Part shown: positions 1 to 13,200 of the stretch, in pieces | Layout: each line of letters starts with the position of its first letter | Numbering within the stretch: position 1 is the stretch's first letter | Assembly: GCA_964016885.1 (NCBI GenBank) | Contig: OZ024740.1 | Span: forward strand, 307,892,001 to 307,956,000 | Source of the DNA: Eledone cirrhosa | Lineage: Eukaryota | Direction of reading: 5' to 3' | Length of the DNA stretch: 64,000 nucleotides | Made by a program: the position numbers and the translations under genes | Notes under the pieces: generated by a model | The model's database searches: none | Told to the model about the DNA's origin: nothing | What the model saw: only the letters and a program-made list of their open reading frames with translations

Positions 1-400
1 CATCTAAGAATGTGTGGTGTTCCTAGTAGACTGATCTTTTGTAGCTCATATTTGCTGATCTTGCAGGGAAGGATGCTATGGTGCAGGTCTGATGTTTTAG
101 GTTTTAATCCTAATGCTCCTACAACCACAGGGATAGTGTTTGTGATCATCCTCCACATGCGGCTGATCTCTATTTCCAGGTGTTTGTATTTTGACAGTTT
201 TTCCATTGTTTTTACAGATGTATTCTTGTCAGCAAGTACGGAAATGTCTATAACGCTACATGTCTCATCTGTTTTGTTTTTTATGATGATATCTGGTGTG
301 TTGGCAGTGATTTCTCAGTCAGTTATCACAGGCAAATCCCACAAGATGGATATGTTGCCCTTTTCCTTGACTGTTTTTGGTTGATGTTCATACCATTTGT
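1..400 (-). mobile_element. R4/Dong-like non-LTR retrotransposon relic, restriction-like endonuclease (RLE) domain
   Basis: Minus-strand translation KWYEHQPKTV..ILWDLPVITD*EITANTPDIII..CSVIDISV..EKLSKYKHLEIEISRMW..IPVVVGALG..LQKISLLGTPHILR matches the PD..D..KY..PVVxGALG RLE signature; one in-frame stop. Confidence 0.8.
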
Positions 401-504
401 CAGAAGTTTAGATGTCATGAGAGTGAATGTTTTACTCAAATAAATCAGAATTTTTGTCCTTAAGGTTGTGTCACAACTTGTTTCCTTAGAGCTCATTGAC
501 CTTT

Positions 505-662
505 TTGATCAATGCTGTCTTTCAGGAATCTTTCTATTCTGTTGGAAACAGTCCCTAACCCACCAATAGCAATGGGGGTTTCTTTTGCAGTGACATTCCC
601 CAATTTCCTTATCTCCCTAGCAAGATCCTCTTACTTTTCAATCTTTTCCAGCTTCTTGTTCA
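505..662 (-). mobile_element. Second RLE-domain fragment (R4/Dong-like LINE)
   Basis: Minus strand reads KKLEKIEK*EDLAREIRKLGNVTAKETPIAIGGLGTVSNRIERFLK, the same RLE C-terminal motif. Confidence 0.65.
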
Positions 663-726
663 AGTTTAGGGGTCAAATTTATGTTTGTTTTTGAAACACG
701 CCCCTCAATTTTCTACAAAAATTAAG

Positions 727-1700
727 ATGGCGGACAAAAATATTGCATCCGCTAAACGGAATGGCAGACTGTCCATAGAGTGGAACAGCCAAAATTCTGA
801 AAACAATAACAGCAGCAGTAGTAGCAGCAGCAGCAGCGACCAAAATTCATCTGGTGAAAAGAAAGCGGACTTTCCAGCTCTGCCAAGGTTTACCATGCTG
901 AATGGTGCCACCCCCACCACAACGTTGGTAGGTGCGGCCAACACCACAGAAACAACGGAAACTAAAAACAAAATGAACACACACGACAGCAACAACATAA
1001 ATTACTACCAACAAGACCATCACCACCACCACTACCACAGCAACAACTGAAACAAAATATAATAATAACAAGAACAACAATAACAACAACAGCAACAACA
1101 GCAACAATGAGAATAACAACAACACCAGCATCAGTGCAAAACCAAATATGTCTTTTGTGAAAGCGGTGAACAAGAACAAAACGATCGAGGTAAGCCAGGA
1201 ACAACTGAATGAGGCCTGGCGAATGGTGAAGACAAATGGCAACAGGGTCAGCCTCACTCCCCCATCAAACACCATGCAACATCAGCAGCTATGTATGGTA
1301 TCATACTGTACAATTAGCACAAAAACACGCCGAGTGGAGCAGGCATCCGAGTCCCAGTTCCAAAAGGCTTTGGGAGATGTGTGGGCTCAGAAAACCCACA
1401 TCATACGTGGACAAAGATATGGTACAATGGAAGTGTTCTTTGGAACCCCACAGGAAGCCAGAAAGCACTCCATGGCTCCACTAAAGAGTGACGACCTCAC
1501 ACTAATCCCAAGTTACTGCAGACAAAGGCTCGTGAGAGTAAAAGCAACCCAGGTACCGCTGGCCATTGAAATTCCCTGGCTGATGGCTGCTGTCCTTGCT
1601 GACATTGAGGACAACACAAAGGTCATCAAGGTGATAAGAATAAAGCAGGACAACTGGTCCAGATCTGGAATAGGATGAAAGCCATTTGATGGGCCCGAGT
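727..1700 (+). pseudogene. Disrupted ORF1 (gag-like) of a non-LTR retrotransposon
   Basis: ORFs 685-1050 and 1148-1678 can be joined by one frameshift and one stop near 975-1000. This gives an S/T/N-rich N-terminus, an SFVKAV motif (SYAxAV-like) and a predicted RRM-like region. Clade uncertain. Confidence 0.45.
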
Positions 1701-2224
1701 GGCAGAGGCACATTGTGGCAACAAAGCCACAATCCGGCACAATGAATAAATCACCTGGTTTGGATGGTCTTCCCCCTACGAGCTTTACATACACATACCA
1801 GACTTGTTCGGTGACCTCTTGGCAGACGTCTACTGCAACTGGTAGCAGAACGGGAGAATCCCAGCTCTGTGAGCCAAGAAGCAGTGGCACTGCTGAGAAA
1901 GGACCTGAACAAGGATTAACTTTCTCAAATTTCATTTGAAAAGGAAAATCAGGGTGGAGAGAAATGCTCCCTTCCCAGCAATTTGTTGAAAGATGGGTGA
2001 GAGAGGCAAGCATGACCTGAGTGAATGCGCCTGTAGATTGGAGGTGGAAAACTGGGAGAAGGCACTTTCTCTGGTGGTCAGGGTCACCGTGGCTTTTTCA
2101 ATGGACTTTCTCCATGAGTGACCCTCAGAAGTCATTATTATCATTATTATTATTATTCCTTTTGTCATACAGTGTAGATGGAAAGAGCACCGGAGTATTT
2201 AGTCATCAGTCAAGTCACAACAAG

Positions 2225-3160
2225 GACCTCAGACACGTAATACTTTCCTTAAAATGTGCATAGTGCCCCAAAAGGCTGATTTTTTTGTATGACACCAATC
2301 TTGCATGGTATTCCCAACCACTTCAAGAAGTCTTGAAGTTTCAATGGGATTGATCCAAATGCCCTGATCACAACTGGTATCACTTTCACATTCCAAACAG
2401 TCTTGTCATCTCCACTTTCAATTCGGAGTACTTTTTGCTTTTTTCAACCTCTCTACTTGCAATAATCACATCATTTGGTATGGCTGTGTCTATTAACTGA
2501 CAGTATTTGTCTTTCTTGTTCAATACGACAATTACATAATCAGTCTGAAAATCATCATGCCAGAATATTGTTGCTTCCCCTTTCTCCTACATTACTTTAC
2601 AAGGTATATCAATTCCCTATTACTTTGTATTGGTATTTATGAAATAACAGTCAATGAAGGTACAAACAGACTTTATGGCAGCCCTTGTATTCTTTTTGTG
2701 CAAGGCTCTCACATCCACTTACTAAGTGGTTTACATTTTCTACATTCTTTCCTCCTGGGTGTCAGAAGTTTTGTAGATGTTATACTTCACTGAATTGGTA
2801 GCAAGAGCTTAGGTTTTGTGCTGCAGTTATAAGGCTTTCAGTAGTATGCTTCAAATCACCTTGCTTAAGCCATGTCCATGATGTTTTTATCCTTGATATC
2901 CTGTGTATTTCTTTCAAACTGCCTGTGCATTCTCATTTCCAGAACATCTTTTCTCTTCTCTTCAACTCTGGTTAAACTCTTCCTTACCAGCCATTTTATC
3001 TGCATTTATACCCATATCTTGTGCTGCATACAATAACTCTTCGTCACTGTTCACCAAATGTTCTGCAAATGTTCTGCAAATGTTCTCCTTTCAATCCTTA
3101 TACAAAAATCCACATTGATGAGACCTCTATCACCACTCTTTTAGGTAAATTGATTCCATA
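2225..3160 (-). mobile_element. R4/Dong-like LINE 3' part (post-RT region, CCHC region and RLE), degenerate
   Basis: Minus-strand fragments KSGDRGLINV; SWTWLKQGDLKHTTESLITAAQ; NVNHLVSGCESLAQKEYK; CQLIDTAIPND..EKSKKYSELKVE..VIPVVIRAFG..HILRKVL; multiple frameshifts. Confidence 0.8.
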
Positions 3161-3639
3161 TCAATTTACCTGAACTACTACTAACACATCAGCTGCATTC
3201 ACAATCATTACAGCACTGTCTACCTGTGCCATTTCTTAAGGTGAATATATATATATATAGTTAACAGATTAGTATGTGAAGAAAAGGTCAAAAGTGATTA
3301 AAACTAAAACATACATCACTGAATGTTCAAATGGTCAGTTTAGTCAAGTTATTTACTACTGTCAGGTAGAATTACAACTGAGAGCAACACAATAATCTAG
3401 TTTTTCAGTTTGGCTGTGGTGGTTTTGTCCTGTATTCAAAGTGATGAGCTTTCAATAGAGTTAGGCCTCTAGAGATACTAATTACTAACTTTAAATTTAT
3501 TGTTTTTCAATTTTTTCATATGATTCGATTATGATAAAGTAAATGTCTGAGGTTTCTGAATTTGCAAATATTCAAACATATCAACAATACATTAGAACAA
3601 TATTACTAACGACACCATTTCTAGCAAAACTACAATATA

Positions 3640-3812
3640 GAGCTTCTATGTGGTTGCTTAACCTGCTTGAAATAGCAGCCAAATTTCTTCTATAATACAA
3701 CCTACCATCTTAAAAAAGGCAAGACACACTGGATAATGTTGTTCTAGACACACTATGCCTGAAAAAGGAAATGGAATTGTCTCAGCGGAAAGCCTTTGAT
3801 CATAGATCTGTT
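3640..3812 (+). mobile_element. Old dispersed repeat (probable SINE/LINE 3' segment)
   Basis: gagcttctatgtggttgcttaacctgcttgaaatagcagccaaa recurs in degenerate form near 6255, 37692 and 52320. Confidence 0.45.
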
Positions 3813-3964
3813 ATGATTCTTTCAATTGAAGATAAACCCTTGTTTATTTCACTTCCTTAGAAGAATGATCAATTGTGCACATACTCTAAAAAAAGATATT
3901 TAAAGAGAAAACATTCCCTATCTCATTCATAATCTTTATTTATTAGGCAGAAGTAAAGTAGCCA

Positions 3965-4208
3965 AAAGGATTGTTGGGTATTTGACTACCAGTTGAAAAG
4001 TATGGATTTCAAATCCACTGCAACTGTTTCATTGTGTATTTGGAAAATACATTTAGTTATACTCTGCATGCTTTTCAGCTTATCTAGATACCAGTAGATA
4101 CCAGATACTGTGGGAATATTGTTTAAGATAGACTAACATCCAGCCCAGAGAAAGGTTTGTCTATTTATCTGCTTCACAGAAAGAAACTGGATATAAGCAC
4201 CAGTCCAA
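3965..4208 (+). mobile_element. Highly decayed tRNA-derived SINE
   Basis: B-box-like gatttcaaatcc followed by SINE-body-like motifs (gatagactaacatcc..ctgcttca..gaaactggatataagcaccagtcc). Confidence 0.35.
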
Positions 4209-4322
4209 ATTAGGAGACATTTATAGTTCATATATTTGTCCTTAAAAACTTTTATTTTTAATCTTCCTTTGAGAGTCAAATTTGGTGTTATTATTTTTCT
4301 AATGAAATTAATTTTTCTAATG

Positions 4323-4384
4323 AAATAAAGTACCAGTAATGCACTGGGTAATTGCTGGCCTTGTGCCTAAAGTAGAAACAATTA
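4323..4384 (+). mobile_element. SINE family A, 3' fragment
   Basis: aaataaagtaccagtaatgcactgggtaattgctggccttgtgcctaaagtagaaacaat is the near-exact reverse complement of 55233-55292. Confidence 0.75.
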
Positions 4385-4494
4385 TTTTTCTAATGAAATT
4401 TCTGCTAATTAAATATTTTTTATTTTGCTATAGATTGAGAAAACCATTTAGATCATTTGAATATATTGTGTGACATTTGTTCTTGATCTTTAAG

Positions 4495-4585
4495 TTCCTC
4501 CTCCTCCTCCTCCTTCTTCTTCCATTTATTCCTGACAGGGCTGTGTGGGAAGAGTCCTCAAACACTCCTTCCAGTGGGGGCTGCC
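4495..4585 (-). mobile_element. RTE (Rex3/Expander-like) 3' terminus with GAA/GGA tail
   Basis: Reverse complement of the RTE 3' end at 41430-41545. Confidence 0.6.
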
Positions 4586-6498
4586 AGAAACAACCATCTC
4601 CAACAGAGTTGTGTTTTGGCTGCGCCCCACAGACAAAAGCGTAAAGGCATTTCTGCAGACAATGGCCACCTCACCTCATGGGGCTCCTTCCTCAGACAGG
4701 CTACTATCGATCCAATTTTATGGACAATGTCAGCTGTCCAGGGTCTGAGGATGCTTGAGGTCTTGACAGTGACCAGTGCAAAGAGGAAGCAGACAAGCTC
4801 CAGTATTTGCTTGAAAATTGTTAGGTTAAATTCTGGATTCCATGGAAACTGATGTTGGTCAGTTGGAGATTTTAATACATATATAGGTAGATGTCACATG
4901 ATACACAAGTGGCAAAATTGCCCATGAAATATGAACTATAAAATCTGTTTAATAAAACAAAATTTATTGTACAAAAACAACAAGCAGGAAACTAAGAATT
5001 TGCGATGGGAATGTAATGTAATTATTAATTTGGAAGTAGATTTCTCACTTGGAATTCTTTTTGAATTCTTCATCATTCCTTTCTCACATTTCTGGATCAG
5101 CAATTCCCAGTCTGACTTAGTTATCAGTTGACTTACCTGTTATACTGACTTCTACACATGACTAAACCCTGTCTTACAGAGTGTTGGAACTATTATTTCA
5201 CTTGAATCTCTGGTTCCATGACTGTAACCAGCATGCACCATAGGCATGAACAATAGCTCTGTTTTTGTTATTTGTTTGTTGATGTATCATAAAAATACTG
5301 TTGACTGTGTCTAAACTGAGTGATACACCAGCTATTGTGTCATTGTTAGCAGAAAACAATCTTCTCATTGTCTCATTTTACTAGCAATAGGCTGACAAGG
5401 GAGCCTCTGCCTGTATACACAAGCCGATAAGTGAGCTTCTATATGGACATTTGGACCAACAAGAGAGCATCAATGCAGCTACTCGAGCCAGTAAGAAAAC
5501 TCCTTTGAAGTTGTTTGAGACAATGCAGAGCTGGTTTGTTTACAGGTATAATAGAGTATCTTGCAATGCATTATCTAATGTATGCTTGTATTTTTACATA
5601 TATTAGTTTAGTGTAGATAGTGGAAACAGTGATGTACTTGAGATGTGGTAATACATAAGGATGAGTGTAATGAAGTGTTTTGACAACAACAATAACTAAT
5701 AGATCTTGATGTATGTGTTTTTATTTATTTCATTTGCAGCTCTCACCCCATCCCTCAAAACCATGCACACTCTTTAGAGTGTTCTGGAAAGGAAATATGG
5801 AAATAAGATAGATGAAAAGGATTAGTGTATGTTGACTAAACAGTACTTACTAATCAGCATAGAGACTAAATAATTACATTATTCTGTTACTTAGGCGACC
5901 TAATGAGTGCTGGTCACTGAGGTTAATAGTTTGAAGAGGTTATCACAGTGTTTAAAGAGACTGCCTTGCCTATGGTGAAGTACAGCAGGTTGCTGCTTGA
6001 TATCATAAACTTTCTTGCCATTTGTCATCTTAAGAAACTCTAATATTGTTTTTTTTTTATCACTATAGAATCAAAGTCAATATATAATTTGTTTAGTTAA
6101 AAGGAAGCAAATATGTGTAAGATGTGGTAATAAGCATACTACTAGTATCTATTTTATAACCCAATGTTGCTCAAGGTCAGTTTTGATCATAAGTCTAATT
6201 GATTATTTCTGACCTGTGACTCAACAGCAACAATACCTATAGAAAACAATAAGAGGACCTCTATGTAGTTGCAAGACTTGCTAGAAAAAGCACTATATCA
6301 TCTAAAAAAGATGGTAGGATCACTGCTGGAACTCCTTTTATATGTCTACAACTACAACAACACTAGCATCAATCTAGCCAACCCTTCATGCAAAAGAGTT
6401 ATAGTAACAGAAGATATGATATTGAACTGAAATATGTAGAAAACTCCTAGCATACATGAAATTGAGAATGATAACAGTATCTTAACATATATTTCTAA

Positions 6499-6558
6499 GT
6501 GTTTGTGTGTGTGTGTATGTGTGTGTGTGTCTGTGTGTGTGTGTGTGTCTGTGTGTGT
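6499..6558. repeat. (GT)n microsatellite
   Basis: Direct reading. Confidence 0.95.
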
Positions 6559-7059
6559 CCCGTTTCTTTGCCCTCTCTATCATTTTTAGCAACGATCATT
6601 TGTTTCTCAACTCCTGCTTCACTTCACATTTTGTTTCTTTTACTTCTCGCACCATTCCTCATTTTCTTTCATTTATCATTTGCTCTGTCGCTCTCTCTCT
6701 CTCTTGCTATCTATTTCTCTTGTATATCATTTCGCCCTCTTTATCACTCTTATGACTTTACTAACAAATTCACACTCTGTTTCTCATTAACACTGCTATT
6801 GTGCTGTTGTCACGGATGTGCCTTCTCTTTCTATCTTTATGCATTTCTTTTTTTCATTTCTCATCTATCTCTCATTACTTTGGAAAATGTTCTTACTCTG
6901 CAATTGCTGTTTAAACAATCTATTTTGTATCAAGTTATTTTATTTTATAAAACAGATGAGATATGTACATTTACATACATTTGCATCTAAATATATGTTT
7001 GTGCAAAGGGAATTTGCACATAACATCAAGCACTTTCATTCACATGTACACCCACGAAT

Positions 7060-7082
7060 GCACGCACACACACACACACACA

Positions 7083-7130
<48 letters not shown>
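7060..7130. repeat. (CA)n microsatellite
   Basis: Direct reading. Confidence 0.95.
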
Positions 7131-7132
<2 letters not shown>

Positions 7133-7202
7133 TTAAGTGATATCATTTCATGGATTTTTTCAATTTACTTTAATTGCTGATTTTCATTTCATTTTTTTTT
7201 CT

Positions 7203-10200
7203 TTTTTGCTCTGCTATATCTGGAGGGAGGGGCTTGGCCTTGATTATATTTTTGCTCTGCTATATCTGGAGGGAGAGGCTTGGCCTTGATTATATTTTTG
7301 CTCTGCTATATCTGGAGGGAGGGGCTTGGCCTTGATTATATTTTTGCTCTGCTATATCTGGAGGGAGAGGCTTGGCCTTGATTATATTTTTGTTCTGCTA
7401 TATCTGGGGGAGGGGCTTGGCCTTGATTATATTTTTGCACTGCTATATCTGGAGGGAGGGGCTTGGCCTTGAATATATTTTTGCTCTGCTATATCTGGAG
7501 GGAGGGGCTAGGCCTTGATTATATTTTTGCTCTGCTATATCTGGAGGAAGGGGCTTGGCCTTGATTATATTTTTGCTCTGCTATATCTGGAAGGAGGGGC
7601 TTGGCCTTGATTATATTTTTGCTCTGCTATATCTGGAGGGAGGGGCTTGGCCTTGATTATATTTTTGCTCTGCTATATCTGGAGGGAGGGGCTTGGCCTT
7701 GATTATATTTTTGCTCTGCTATATCTGGAGGGAGGGGCTTGGCCTTGATTATATTTTTGCTCTGCTATATCTGGAGGGAGGGGCTTGGCCTTGATTATAT
7801 TTTTGCTCTGCTATATCTGGAGGAAGGGGCTTGGCCTTGATTATATTTTTGCTCTGCTATATCTAGAGGGAGGGGCTTGGCCTTGATTATATATTTGCTC
7901 TGCTATATCTGGAGGGGGGGGGCTTGGCCTTGATTATATTTTTGCTCTGCTATATCTGGAGGGAGGGGCTTGGCCTTGATTATATTTTTGCTCTGCTATA
8001 TCTGGAGGAAGGGGCTTGGCCTTGAATATATTTTTGCTCTGCTATATCTGGAGGGAGGGGCTTGGCCTTGATTATATTTTTGCTCTGCTATATCTGGAGG
8101 AAGGGGCTTGGCCTTGATTATATTTTTGCTCTGCTATATCTGGAGGGAGGGGCTTGGCCTTGATTATATTTTTGCTCTGCTATATCTGGAGGGAGGGGCT
8201 TGGCCTTGATTATATTTTTGCTCTGCTATATCTGGAGGGAGGGGCTTGGCCTTGAATATATTTTTGCTCTGCTATATCTGGAGGGAGGGGCTTGGCCTTG
8301 ATTATATTTTTGCTCTGCTATATCTGGAGGGAGGGGCTTGGCCTTGATTATATTTTTGCTCTGCTATATCTGGAGGGAGGGGCTTGGCCTTGATTATATT
8401 TTTGCTGTTATATCTGGAGGGAGGGGCTTGGCCTTGATTATATTTTTGCTCTGCTATATCTGGAGGGAGGGGCTGGACCTTGATTATATTTTTGCTCTGC
8501 TATATCTGGGGGAAGGGGCTGGACCTTGATTATATTTTTGCTCTGCTATATCTGGGGGAAGGGGCTGGACCTTGATTATATTTTTGCTCTGCTATACCTG
8601 GGGGAAGGGGCTGGACCTTGATTATATTTTTGCCCTGCCATATCTGGTGGAAGGGGCTTGGCCTTGATTATATTGTTGCTCTGCTTTTATCTGGAGGAAG
8701 GGGCTTGGCCTTGATTATATTTTTGCTCTGCTACATCTGGGGGAAGGGGCTTGGCCTTGATTATATTTTTGCTCTGCTATATCTGGAGGGAGGGGCTTGG
8801 CCTTGATTATATTTTTGCTCTGCTATATCTGGAGGAAGGGGCTTGGCCTTGAATATATTTTTGCTCTGCTATATCTGGAGAGAGGGGCTTGGCCTTGATT
8901 ATATTTTTGCTCTGCTATATCTGGAGGAAGGGGCTTGGCCTTGATTATATTTTTGCTCTGCTATATCTGGAGGGAGGGGCTTGGCCTTGATTATATTTTT
9001 GCTCTGCTATATCTGGAGGGAGGGGCTTGGCCTTGATTATATTTTTGCTCTGCTATATCTGGAGGGAGGGGCTTGGCCTTGAATATATTTTTGCTCTGCT
9101 ATATCTGGAGGGAGGGGCTTGGCCTTGATTATATTTTTGCTCTGCTATATCTGGAGGGAGGGGCTTGGCCTTGATTATATTTTTGCTCTGCTATATCTGG
9201 AGGGAGGGGCTTGGCCTTGATTATATTTTTGCTGTTATATCTGGAGGGAGGGGCTTGGCCTTGATTATATTTTTGCTCTGCTATATCTGGAGGGAGGGGC
9301 TGGACCTTGATTATATTTTTGCTCTGCTATATCTGGGGGAAGGGGCTGGACCTTGATTATATTTTTGCTCTGCTATATCTGGGGGAAGGGGCTGGACCTT
9401 TATTATATTTTTGCTCTGCTATACCTGGGGGAAGGGGCTGGACCTTGATTATATTTTTGCCCTGCCATATCTGGTGGAAGGGGCTTGGCCTTGATTATAT
9501 TGTTGCTCTGCTTTTATCTGGAGGAAGGGGCTTGGCCTTGATTATATTTTTGCTCTGCTACATCTGGGGGAAGGGGCTTGGCCTTGATTATATTTTTGCT
9601 CTGCTATATCTGGAGGGAGGGGCTTGGCCTTGATTATATTTTTGCTCTGCTATATCTGGAGGGAGGGGCTTGGCCTTGATTATATTTTTGCTCTGCTATA
9701 TCTGGAGGGAGGGGCTTGGCCTTGAATATATTTTTGCTCTGCTATATCTGGAGGGAGGGGCTTGGACTTGATTATATTTTTGCTCTGCTATATCTGGAGG
9801 GAGGGGCTTGGCCTTGATTATATTTTTGCTTTGCTATATCTGGGGGAAGGGGCTTGGCCTTGATTATATTTTTGCTTTGCTATATCTGGGGGAAGGGGCT
9901 TGGCCTTGATTATATTTTTGCTCTGCTATATCTGGGGGGAGGGGCTTGGCCTTGATTATATTTTTGCTCTGCTATATCTGGAGGGAGGGGCTTGGCCTTG
10001 ATTATATTTTTGTTCTGCTATATCTGGAGGGAGGGGCTTGGCCTTGAATATATTTTTGCTCTGCTATATTTGGAGGGAGGGGCTTGGCCTTGATTATATT
10101 TTTGCTCTGCTATATCTGGAGGGAGGGGCTTGGCCTTGAATATATTTTTGCTCTGCTATATCTGGAGGGAGGGGCTTGGCCTTGATTATATTTTTGCTCT

Positions 10201-13200
10201 GCTATATCTGGAGGGAGGGGCTTGGCCTTGATTATATTTTTGCTCTGCTATATCTGGAGGGAGGGGCTTGGCCTTGATTATATTTTTGCTGTTATATCTG
10301 GAGGGAGGGGCTTGGCCTTGATTATATTTTTGCTCTGTAATATCTGGAGGGAGGGGCTGGACCTTGATTATATTTTTGCTCTGCTATATCTGGGGGAAGG
10401 GGCTGGACCTTGATTATATTTTTGCTCTGCTATATCTGGGGGAAGGGGCTGGACCTTGATTATATTTTTGCTCTGCTATACCTGGGGGAAGGGGCTGGAC
10501 CTTGATTATATTTTTGCCCTGCCATATCTGGTGGAAGGGGCTTGGCCTTGATTATATTGTTGCTCTGCTTTTATCTGGAGGAAGGGGCTTGGCCTTGATT
10601 ATATTTTTGCTCTGCTACATCTGGGGGAAGGGGCTTGGCCTTGATTATATTTTTGCTCTGCTATATCTGGAGGGAGGGGCTTGGCCTTGATTATATTTTT
10701 GCTCTGCTATATCTGGAGGAAGGGGCTTGGCCTTGAATATATTTTTGCTCTGCTATATCTGGAGAGAGGGGCTTGGCCTTGATTATATTTTTGCTCTGCT
10801 ATATCTGGAGGAAGGGGCTTGGCCTTGATTATATTTTTGCTCTGCTATATCTGGAGGGAGGGGCTTGGCCTTGATTATATTTTTGCTCTGCTATATCTGG
10901 AGGGAGGGGCTTGGCCTTGATTATATTTTTGCTCTGCTATATCTGGAGGGAGGGGCTTGGCCTTGAATATATTTTTGCTCTGCTATATCTGGAGGGAGGG
11001 GCTTGGCCTTGATTATATTTTTGCTCTGCTATATCTGGAGGGAGGGGCTTGGCCTTGATTATATTTTTGCCATGCTATATCTGGAGGGAGGGGCTTGGCC
11101 TTGATTATATTTTTGCTGTTATATCTGGAGGGAGGGGCTTGGCCTTGATTATATTTTTGCTCTGCTATATCTGGAGGGAGGGGCTGGACCTTGATTATAT
11201 TTTTGCTCTGCTATATCTGGGGGAAGGGGCTGGACCTTGATTATATTTTTGCTCTGCTATATCTGGGGGAAGGGGCTGGACCTTGATTATATTTTTGCTC
11301 TGCTATACCTGGGGGAAGGGGCTGGACCTTGATTATATTTTTGCCCTGCCATATCTGGTGGAAGGGGCTTGGCCTTGATTATATTGTTGCTCTGCTTTTA
11401 TCTGGAGGAAGGGGCTTGGCCTTGATTATATTTTTGCTCTGCTACATCTGGGGGAAGGGGCTTGGCCTTGATTATATTTTTGCTCTGCTATATCTGGAGG
11501 GAGGGGCTTGGCCTTGATTATATTTTTGCTCTGCTATATCTGGAGGAAGGGGCTTGGCCTTGAATATATTTTTGCTCTGCTATATCTGGAGAGAGGGGCT
11601 TGGCCTTGATTATATTTTTGCTCTGCTATATCTGGAGGAAGGGGCTTGGCCTTGATTATATTTTTGCTCTGCTATATCTGGAGGGAGGGGCTTGGCCTTG
11701 ATTATATTTTTGCTCTGCTATATCTGGAGGGAGGGGCTTGGCCTTGATTATATTTTTGCTCTGCTATATCTGGAGGGAGGGGCTTGGCCTTGAATATATT
11801 TTTGCTCTGCTATATCTGGAGGGAGGGGCTTGGCCTTGATTATATTTTTGCTCTGCTATATCTGGAGGGAGGGGCTTGGCCTTGATTATATTTTTGCTCT
11901 GCTATATCTGGAGGGAGGGGCTTGGCCTTGATTATATTTTTGCTGTTATATCTGGAGGGAGGGGCTTGGCCTTGATTATATTTTTGCTCTGCTATATCTG
12001 GAGGGAGGGGCTGGACCTTGATTATATTTTTGCTCTGCTATATCTGGGGGAAGGGGCTGGACCTTGATTATATTTTTGCTCTGCTATATCTGGGGGAAGG
12101 GGCTGGACCTTTATTATATTTTTGCTCTGCTATACCTGGGGGAAGGGGCTGGACCTTGATTATATTTTTGCCCTGCCATATCTGGTGGAAGGGGCTTGGC
12201 CTTGATTATATTGTTGCTCTGCTTTTATCTGGAGGAAGGGGCTTGGCCTTGATTATATTTTTGCTCTGCTACATCTGGGGGAAGGGGCTTGGCCTTGATT
12301 ATATTTTTGCTCTGCTATATCTGGAGGGAGGGGCTTGGCCTTGATTATATTTTTGCTCTGCTATATCTGGAGGGAGGGGCTTGGCCTTGATTATATTTTT
12401 GCTCTGCTATATCTGGAGGGAGGGGCTTGGCCTTGAATATATTTTTGCTCTGCTATATCTGGAGGGAGGGGCTTGGACTTGATTATATTTTTGCTCTGCT
12501 ATATCTGGAGGGAGGGGCTTGGCCTTGATTATATTTTTGCCCTGCTATATCTGGAGGAAGGGGCTTGGCCTTGATTATATTTTTGCTTTGCTATATCTGG
12601 GGGAAGGGGCTTGGCCTTGATTATATTTTTGCTTTGCTATATCTGGGGGAAGGGGCTTGGCCTTGATTATATTTTTGCTCTGCTATATCTGGAGGGAGGG
12701 GCTTGGCCTTGATTATATTTTTGCTCTGCTATATCTGGAGGGAGGGGCTTGGCCTTGATTATATTTTTGTTCTGCTATATCTGGAGGGAGGGGCTTGGCC
12801 TTGAATATATTTTTGCTCTGCTATATTTGGAGGGAGGGGCTTGGCCTTGATTATATTTTTGCTCTGCTATATCTGGAGGGAGGGGCTTGGCCTTGAATAT
12901 ATTTTTGCTCTGCTATATCTGGAGGGAGGGGCTTGGCCTTGATTATATTTTTGCTCTGCTATATCTGGAGGGAGGGGCTTGGCCTTGATTATATTTTTGC
13001 TCTGCTATATCTGGAGGGAGGGGCTTGGCCTTGATTATATTTTTGCTGTTATATCTGGAGGGAGGGGCTTGGCCTTGATTATATTTTTGCTCTGCTATAT
13101 CTGGAGGGAGGGGCTGGACCTTGATTATATTTTTGCTCTGCTATATCTGGGGGAAGGGGCTGGACCTTGATTATATTTTTGCTCTGCTATATCTGGGGGA

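Noticed and set aside
10-694. Plus-strand ORFs 10-384 and 512-694
   Set aside because: Antisense shadows of the minus-strand RLE coding relics.
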